Below, piece by piece: positions 58,469 through 64,000 of a stretch of 64,000 nucleotides of DNA. This DNA is from a virus. Below the pieces are notes generated by a model. That model was not told the origin of the DNA and ran no database searches. It was given only the letters and a program-made list of their open reading frames with translations. Both the position numbers and the translations under genes were made by a program. Location: positions 12,652 through 76,651 of the IMG/VR virus record IMGVR_UViG_3300033149_006574; one strand, written 5' to 3'. Numbering within the stretch: the first letter of the stretch is position 1; every line of letters starts with the position of its first letter.

Positions 58469-59182
58469 TCACTTAAGACACACCGGACACTTACTATGCC
58501 GATAATACTCCTCTATATCTTCATATTGAGTATTAATTGGATATTCATTTATAAAGTTATGGTTGGGTGCATGACCATAGTCTATCCCTACCTTATTCAT
58601 ATGCAATGCTTCATTTGCTAATGCTGGAGCCCATACTCCCATACTAATCAGTGCGATATCAAAATCATTATTTCTCATTTCATTACGAATTATATCGTAT
58701 TCATACATATTAGAAATATCATATTTAATAGAAGGAACAAAATAATTAACACCTAACGGTTTTAAAAATTTTTCTGCCCATTCTTTCATAGGAAAGCCTA
58801 AAAGCAAAAGTTTATGTTTCATTAAAACTTCTTTTACAAATTTTAATCTGGTACATAAAAATAAATTAAGCCAAGCATAACAATATCTATCAGGAGGATA
58901 TTTTAATCCTTGAATCTCAAAGGATCTTTTGGTCCAATCATCTATAACAAAGCAACCAATTATACTTGCTTCTCGAATAGCATTCGCAAGCATTAATCTA
59001 GCCATTTGCATGCTTGAACCTTCAATTTTATTTTCCCCACGATAGTCCCAAATATTACGCTTTAATATCTCACCACTTAAAACAATATTTTCTCCGTCAC
59101 CAATTCTAACCAATGAATATCCCTTCTTCTTGTCTAATGCCTCAATAATCTCATCAATAATAATATTAATATTTATTTCCAT
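58469..59182 (-). CDS. GT-D fold (DUF1792-like) glycosyltransferase
   Basis: SLVRIGDGE, FDIALISMG, GIDYGH. Confidence 0.75.
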   Translation of the reverse strand: MEININIIIDEIIEALDKKKGYSLVRIGDGENIVLSGEILKRNIWDYRGENKIEGSSMQMARLMLANAIREASIIGCFVIDDWTKRSFEIQGLKYPPDRYCYAWLNLFLCTRLKFVKEVLMKHKLLLLGFPMKEWAEKFLKPLGVNYFVPSIKYDISNMYEYDIIRNEMRNNDFDIALISMGVWAPALANEALHMNKVGIDYGHAPNHNFINEYPINTQYEDIEEYYRHSKCPVCLK

Positions 59183-60138
59183 TTATTAAATAGTTTAATA
59201 TAAGCCTCAATCATTTTATTCAATGAAAAATTAGATTTAATTCTTTCCCTTGCATTAAACTTTAATTGATTCAATTGTTCTTTGGGTAAAGAAACGACTT
59301 CTTTTAACTTGGATAAAAATGAGTTCATATCCATATTTTCAGAAAAAAATCCATTTTCTCCAGCCACTATTTTAGAACCAATCGTAGGAGTACTGACAGG
59401 AATATTCCCGTAAGACATGGCCTCCGCTTGAGATAATCCAAATGATTCAGATAAAGAATTAGATAAAATAATATCTAAATTTCCCAGAATGTCCCCAAAT
59501 TTATCTTTAAAGCCATAATAACGAACCTTATTTTTTAAACCATATTCCAAAATTAAATCAAGAACATTGTCTTTTTCCTCCCCATCGCCAATTATTGAAA
59601 AATCTATGCCAGAAACTTCCTTTAACAAATTCTTAAAAATGATAATTAATTGTGGAACTCTTTTTATGCTATCAATCCTACCCAAATATCCCAGATGGAG
59701 TATATCTCCAACTGGCTTTATTGTTACATCTGGAATTTCTATACCAGGATAGATAATGCTTCTTTTATTCTCTGGAACAATAAAATAATTTAACAATTGG
59801 TCATTGTTATAAATATAATAATCACAATCTCTAAACTGCCCTATACAAAACTTGCTATGCAATGTTTCAACAACAGGGATATTTTTTTCTTTTGCTATTG
59901 CATAGCCAAATCCAGACGCATGAATATTTACTAAATCTATATCTTTAAAATTATTATTTTCCGCCCCATATCTAACCTCTACCCCGGCTTCAGAAAATAG
60001 AGATTCAAAATGCCCTCCGACTAAAGCAATAACAACGGATTGAATATCAGAATACGCAGATAAACCTTTAGCAAGATTAAAAACAAATTTTTCAACACCA
60101 CCAAAGCATAAAGAATTACAACATATTCCTACTTTCAT
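59173..60138 (-). CDS. GT4 glycosyltransferase
   Basis: GGVEKFV, YLGRIDSIKR, SESFGLSQAEAMSYG. Confidence 0.92.
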   Translation of the reverse strand: MKVGICCNSLCFGGVEKFVFNLAKGLSAYSDIQSVVIALVGGHFESLFSEAGVEVRYGAENNNFKDIDLVNIHASGFGYAIAKEKNIPVVETLHSKFCIGQFRDCDYYIYNNDQLLNYFIVPENKRSIIYPGIEIPDVTIKPVGDILHLGYLGRIDSIKRVPQLIIIFKNLLKEVSGIDFSIIGDGEEKDNVLDLILEYGLKNKVRYYGFKDKFGDILGNLDIILSNSLSESFGLSQAEAMSYGNIPVSTPTIGSKIVAGENGFFSENMDMNSFLSKLKEVVSLPKEQLNQLKFNARERIKSNFSLNKMIEAYIKLFNKWK

Positions 60139-61181
60139 GTTAGAGAATTTCTATCTTTATTCCAAAAATGGATTGGATTTATTATTTTATCTCCATTCTT
60201 TATAGGCTGTATATTATTTTCTCCAAAATTTTCAAGATAGGTAGGATAAAGACCATCACAAATTTCTCTATAAGCACAATTTTTACATTTTTCTATAAAA
60301 ATATTATTACCTGCACATAAAGTTCTGGTAAGATAATTTGCTAACCTTTCTTCTAAGTTTTCTCCATAAAAAGATTTAACCTTCTCGGCATAATCGTTTC
60401 TTTTGCTTAATGGAATATGAGCCTGCCATGCCATATTCCATTCATAGGGATCATACTGCCATTGCAGGGCATTTGAAACATATTTTTCATAACCTTTCAT
60501 AAAACATAAGGGGATATATCTTACTGTTATTCTATATCTATCAGCAACCTTATCAATTATACGTTTCATAACAATGGCTATATCTTTATAATCTATCTGC
60601 AATTCTTTAGCCTCTTTTCTCAAATTCCAATCAGAGGTTGGATATGGATTAAAACAAATAAAATTTGCCATTCTTGGTTTTAAATCTAAAAGATACCCTG
60701 TGGCATATTCGTACAAGTCATTTATATTAAGATTGGTTACTACGGAATTAGTCCTAAAAGAGAAATTATGTTTTTTCAAGACTTCAATACTCTGACTTGT
60801 TAATTTCCAGCCATTAGGGACACCCAAACAACGATTTTGCGTTTCACCTATACCATGCAAACTTAATAAAATATCTTTTACATCACTTGCTATTGACTTC
60901 TCAACCCCACCAGGGCTTATACCGGAAGTAATCATACAAGAATCAATGCCAATTTGATTTGAATATTCAATAAGCTCTTCTAATTGTGGATATAAGGCCG
61001 GCTCCCCTCCGCTCATGTCATATATCTTTAAATCATAATTTTCTTTCATATCTTTAACCTGAGATTTAACCCATTCAATATCATAATCCTGCTGTGGCTC
61101 AAAGCGAAAATAGCAACCGGGGCATTTGCAAGGACATTTCTTGGTTGGGTAAATAACACCCCGTTTTGTAATATTAGCCAT
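60135..61181 (-). CDS. Radical SAM enzyme with C-terminal SPASM/twitch-like cysteines
   Basis: CPCKCPGC (CxxxCxxC), SGGEP, RYIPLC, CKNC...CDG. Confidence 0.9.
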   Translation of the reverse strand: MANITKRGVIYPTKKCPCKCPGCYFRFEPQQDYDIEWVKSQVKDMKENYDLKIYDMSGGEPALYPQLEELIEYSNQIGIDSCMITSGISPGGVEKSIASDVKDILLSLHGIGETQNRCLGVPNGWKLTSQSIEVLKKHNFSFRTNSVVTNLNINDLYEYATGYLLDLKPRMANFICFNPYPTSDWNLRKEAKELQIDYKDIAIVMKRIIDKVADRYRITVRYIPLCFMKGYEKYVSNALQWQYDPYEWNMAWQAHIPLSKRNDYAEKVKSFYGENLEERLANYLTRTLCAGNNIFIEKCKNCAYREICDGLYPTYLENFGENNIQPIKNGDKIINPIHFWNKDRNSLT

Positions 61182-61785
61182 CTACTCTCCTAAATGCAAC
61201 AACATTCTTATTTTGTTGTTCGATTTTCTGAAATTTAACATTTTTTTCAAAAAATGAATCAATAATTTGTCTAACATTTGGATGCCTTAAATTATTATAA
61301 TCATGACAAAAACAGATGCCACCAACAACAATTTTCGGTATCCAATTATTTAAATCAAATAATAAATCTTCGCTCTTATGAGAACCATCTATGTGCAAAA
61401 AAGAAATAGGTATCTCAAATCGAGAAAAATCCCTCGAAGTGCCAATGCAAATCCTTATTTCATTATCTAACTTATTTTTATAGATATTATTTAACAAAAT
61501 TTTACCCATTTGCTCCCCAATTGCTAAATCAATATGCATCTCTTCAAATTCAGGATTACCAAACAATGGTTCAACTATATATAATTTCTTTTTCTTTTCC
61601 GATTCTTTAATAATATTCCCAAGTAATATTGCAGTCCTGCCATAAAATGAACCTATTTCAACAAAGTCTCCTTCTTTATTAAGTGAATCCTTAGCAAGAT
61701 GATACATAGCTTCAGCTTCTTGTCTTTCATAAAAACCAAAAATGCTATTAACTATATTTTCCCAGATTTTCTCAAAAGTTTGCAT
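61174..61785 (-). CDS. Class I SAM methyltransferase (Methyltransf_24 type)
   Basis: VEIGSFYGRT, FLHIDGSH, GG...HDY. Confidence 0.88.
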   Translation of the reverse strand: MQTFEKIWENIVNSIFGFYERQEAEAMYHLAKDSLNKEGDFVEIGSFYGRTAILLGNIIKESEKKKKLYIVEPLFGNPEFEEMHIDLAIGEQMGKILLNNIYKNKLDNEIRICIGTSRDFSRFEIPISFLHIDGSHKSEDLLFDLNNWIPKIVVGGICFCHDYNNLRHPNVRQIIDSFFEKNVKFQKIEQQNKNVVAFRRVDG

Positions 61786-62446
61786 ATATGTCCCTCAACT
61801 TATCCTGCCATTTATTCCTGAGTAAGGCATTATCTTTTTGTCCCAGGGAAGCTGATTCTGGAAGCCATGAAGTAACTGATTCATGAAAAACAAAGGAAGA
61901 AGAATATATTAATTTATATCCTGCTTGCCAACATCTGATTGAGTAATCTAAGTCAAAAGCAAATTTAGTAAATTGTTCATCCAATAAGCCAATCCTATCT
62001 ATTAATTCTCTTTTAACATACATACAAGCTGAGCAACCCCAATGCGCAAATCTTGGCTCTTTTATCGCATCTCTACTCATTCTAATACCAAAATTTTCTA
62101 TATCAAAAAAACCGCCAGAATTTTCTATAGCTTCTTCTCTTATTGTTGGAGCAACAACAATTCCTATTTTAGAATCAGAATAGGCCAAATTATACAAAAT
62201 ACTCAGCCAGCCCTGTACAAGTCTTATATCATCATCCAATAATAATATATCGCCATCGGTTATTTTAATACCACGATTATGCTCTCTGGGATGGTTGAAA
62301 TCAGGAGAGTTGTTATTGTCTAATACAATAATCTCATATGGGGAATGGACTGTTAATTGTTTAATATCCCTAAAAAGCAAATTCGCTCTATCGGCGGAAA
62401 CATCTCTTGTTGAACAAATAATTGATATTTTCATAGATTTTACCAA
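61772..62446 (-). CDS. GT2 glycosyltransferase
   Basis: YEIIVLDN, NRGI, LLDDD, IGLLDEQF, DYSIR...AGYK; likely start ATG 62434. Confidence 0.88.
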   Translation of the reverse strand: MVKSMKISIICSTRDVSADRANLLFRDIKQLTVHSPYEIIVLDNNNSPDFNHPREHNRGIKITDGDILLLDDDIRLVQGWLSILYNLAYSDSKIGIVVAPTIREEAIENSGGFFDIENFGIRMSRDAIKEPRFAHWGCSACMYVKRELIDRIGLLDEQFTKFAFDLDYSIRCWQAGYKLIYSSSFVFHESVTSWLPESASLGQKDNALLRNKWQDKLRDIYANF

Positions 62447-62970
62447 CGCGCTCGATAGCCCCTATTGTCAAGGTGAAGCGCATTGGGATGAGATAATTGC
62501 TTGCCAAGACCTCCGTCTTGCCACAGTGGCTCAGCAAATTCTATAATAATACCCTGTGGGACTAATTCACCATTTTTCAGCCTAACTACGATATCTGTCG
62601 CACATTTTCTATGCTGAGTGGTATATCCCAATTCTGGGCCAGATACCTCTAACGCACGCTCAGGGCAATTATAACCACGAGTGATTATAATTTGAACTTC
62701 TTGCTTATAATATTTAGATAATATCCATCGAAGTTTTTCCAATCGATTTATTTGATCCACCCAACGCTCCCAATATTTTAAATTTATTGTATGACCACAA
62801 TGAGGACACGGCCCTAAATTTTTTTTACAGGCTGTTTCCAATATACTAAAATGCTCGCTCCACCGTAATTGTGAAATAGTTATTAATTTATTTTTCTTCT
62901 TCATTATTCCCATTTTCGATATCCCTCTCAGCTTCCTGAATATGTTCATTAATGTAGTCCAAAAAGCCAT
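62440..62970 (-). CDS. Peptidase M15A-family endolysin-like protein
   Basis: HFS..E.AC, LEKLR, ITRGY.C, QH...ATDI, LHLDNR...ARW. Confidence 0.8.
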   Translation of the reverse strand: MAFWTTLMNIFRKLRGISKMGIMKKKNKLITISQLRWSEHFSILETACKKNLGPCPHCGHTINLKYWERWVDQINRLEKLRWILSKYYKQEVQIIITRGYNCPERALEVSGPELGYTTQHRKCATDIVVRLKNGELVPQGIIIEFAEPLWQDGGLGKQLSHPNALHLDNRGYRARW

Positions 62971-63039
62971 CTATATCTTTCCTCACTTGAATAACCATTA
63001 TTTTCATTTCCTGTAAAACATGCCTCAAAGCTTCTTTTT

Positions 63040-63276
63040 TCATTTGTAGGATAGAGAATAATAATCTTTTTTACATTTTTTGCAGAAAATAATCCACTCA
63101 CCGAACTTGGAATTTCTGGCAACGAGAGGCTCATCGCAAATAGGGCAAGTAGAAAAATTACCGGCAAGGTGAGAAATTTCCTCTGCAATATCCGCCCTCT
63201 TTGCCCGCCTGGGCTTAAATTTGCCCGTTTTAGGCACTTTATTTTTAATTTCCGTATTTCTATCCGTTTTCCTCAT
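63040..63276 (-). CDS. Zn-ribbon protein
   Basis: CPICDEPLVARNSKFG...FCKKC; SD GGGGG. Confidence 0.65.
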   Translation of the reverse strand: MRKTDRNTEIKNKVPKTGKFKPRRAKRADIAEEISHLAGNFSTCPICDEPLVARNSKFGEWIIFCKKCKKDYYSLSYK

Positions 63277-63349
63277 TTTATCCCCCTAAAAAGCGAATTA
63301 ATATACATTTCCATAATTCCATTTATATTGATAGCATTCTACAGGACAT

Positions 63350-63775
63350 TCACCAATTACTAGTTCCGTCAACAGGAAATCTATCAATAATTATCTGATA
63401 TCCGTAATATTGTTCTTTTCCAGTCTGTAGAAATTTAAGTGTAGCAGAAATTATATAGCCCTGGAAGGTTTTAATTCCCGTTGGGGTTACAAAATCGGTG
63501 TGAGTTGTTATCTTAAGTCCTATATGATTTTTATAATAATTTTGAATCTTATTAATAAGTTCTTCATTAATACTTAAAGGGGAGATATTTAGAGTAACAT
63601 TATTCTTTTTAATAGAAGGACGAATAATTCTTGCAAATGATCCGTCAACTAACTCAATTTTATTAACTACGGGTGCTTCTTCTAAAACTGGTTCTTCAAC
63701 CAATTCTCCCAAATTACCATCTGAAACCCAAGTAGGTGTCGCTAAGCTTGTATCCCATTTTTCAACATACCACAT
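63350..63775 (-). CDS. Distal-tail-like structural protein
   Basis: Immediately downstream of the tape-measure C-terminus. Confidence 0.55.
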   Translation of the reverse strand: MWYVEKWDTSLATPTWVSDGNLGELVEEPVLEEAPVVNKIELVDGSFARIIRPSIKKNNVTLNISPLSINEELINKIQNYYKNHIGLKITTHTDFVTPTGIKTFQGYIISATLKFLQTGKEQYYGYQIIIDRFPVDGTSNW

Positions 63776-64000
63776 TTAAACCCCCTGATAGGCTCTTTTA
63801 GCTCTTATTACCCACTCTTGTTCAATAGTCCGAATAATATCTTCGGCCTGTTTTCCATCATTTATATTTATAGTCATAGAGCCAACAGTAACCTCAGGTC
63901 TTGCCCCCGCTGGTGTAACTATTTCCTGTCCATGCAAAATTGCAGGAACTTCTTGAGATGGCAAGCCAGGAACTATACCACCACCTTGAAATCGAGGAAG
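63776..64000 (-). CDS. Tape measure protein, C-terminal end (runs off right edge)
   Basis: PRFQGGGIVPG...EVPAILHGQEIV...MTININ motif typical of TMP C-termini. Confidence 0.75.
   Translation of the reverse strand, partial: LPRFQGGGIVPGLPSQEVPAILHGQEIVTPAGARPEVTVGSMTININDGKQAEDIIRTIEQEWVIRAKRAYQGV

Noticed and set aside
1-64000. CRISPR array, diversity-generating retroelement, retron, inteins, stop-codon recoding
   Set aside because: No repeat-spacer array or reverse transcriptase motifs seen; TerL and DnaB are normal length; long genes read through in the standard code with all three stops used.

Overview
This window is most of a tailed dsDNA phage or prophage genome, probably siphovirus-like, AT-rich and in the standard genetic code, with strong Shine-Dalgarno (SD) sites and sigma70-type promoters. 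The host is probably a diderm bacterium, because the phage encodes a beta-barrel-like protein. Layout: (i) a leftward packaging operon (HK97-type portal running off the left edge, TerL, probable TerS, Xis-like HTH); (ii) a ~1.1 kb divergent non-coding control region; (iii) a long rightward early/middle arm (4.9-43.3 kb) of many small ORFs, two enlarged tRNA-like RNAs, a CX5R phosphatase module, Xer-like tyrosine recombinase, RuvB, HU, recombination and replication genes (DnaB), a non-autonomous IS200/IS605 TnpB insertion, six DNA methyltransferase loci, RNA ligase, Holliday-junction resolvase, thioredoxin and a metallophosphoesterase; (iv) a leftward late arm (64-43.4 kb) with the tape-measure C-terminus, distal tail gene, M15 peptidase, a seven-gene glycan-building cluster, tail/baseplate/fibre genes, a compositionally foreign block of signal-peptide-bearing proteins, holins and a papain-like amidase. 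Most notable: a C5 cytosine methyltransferase whose motifs alternate between two almost fully overlapping reading frames, each with its own SD and start; a probable virion glycosylation system with a candidate Ala-Thr-Pro sequon recurring in tail proteins; and tRNA-mimic ncRNAs. All family assignments come from motif recognition by eye; no database search was run.
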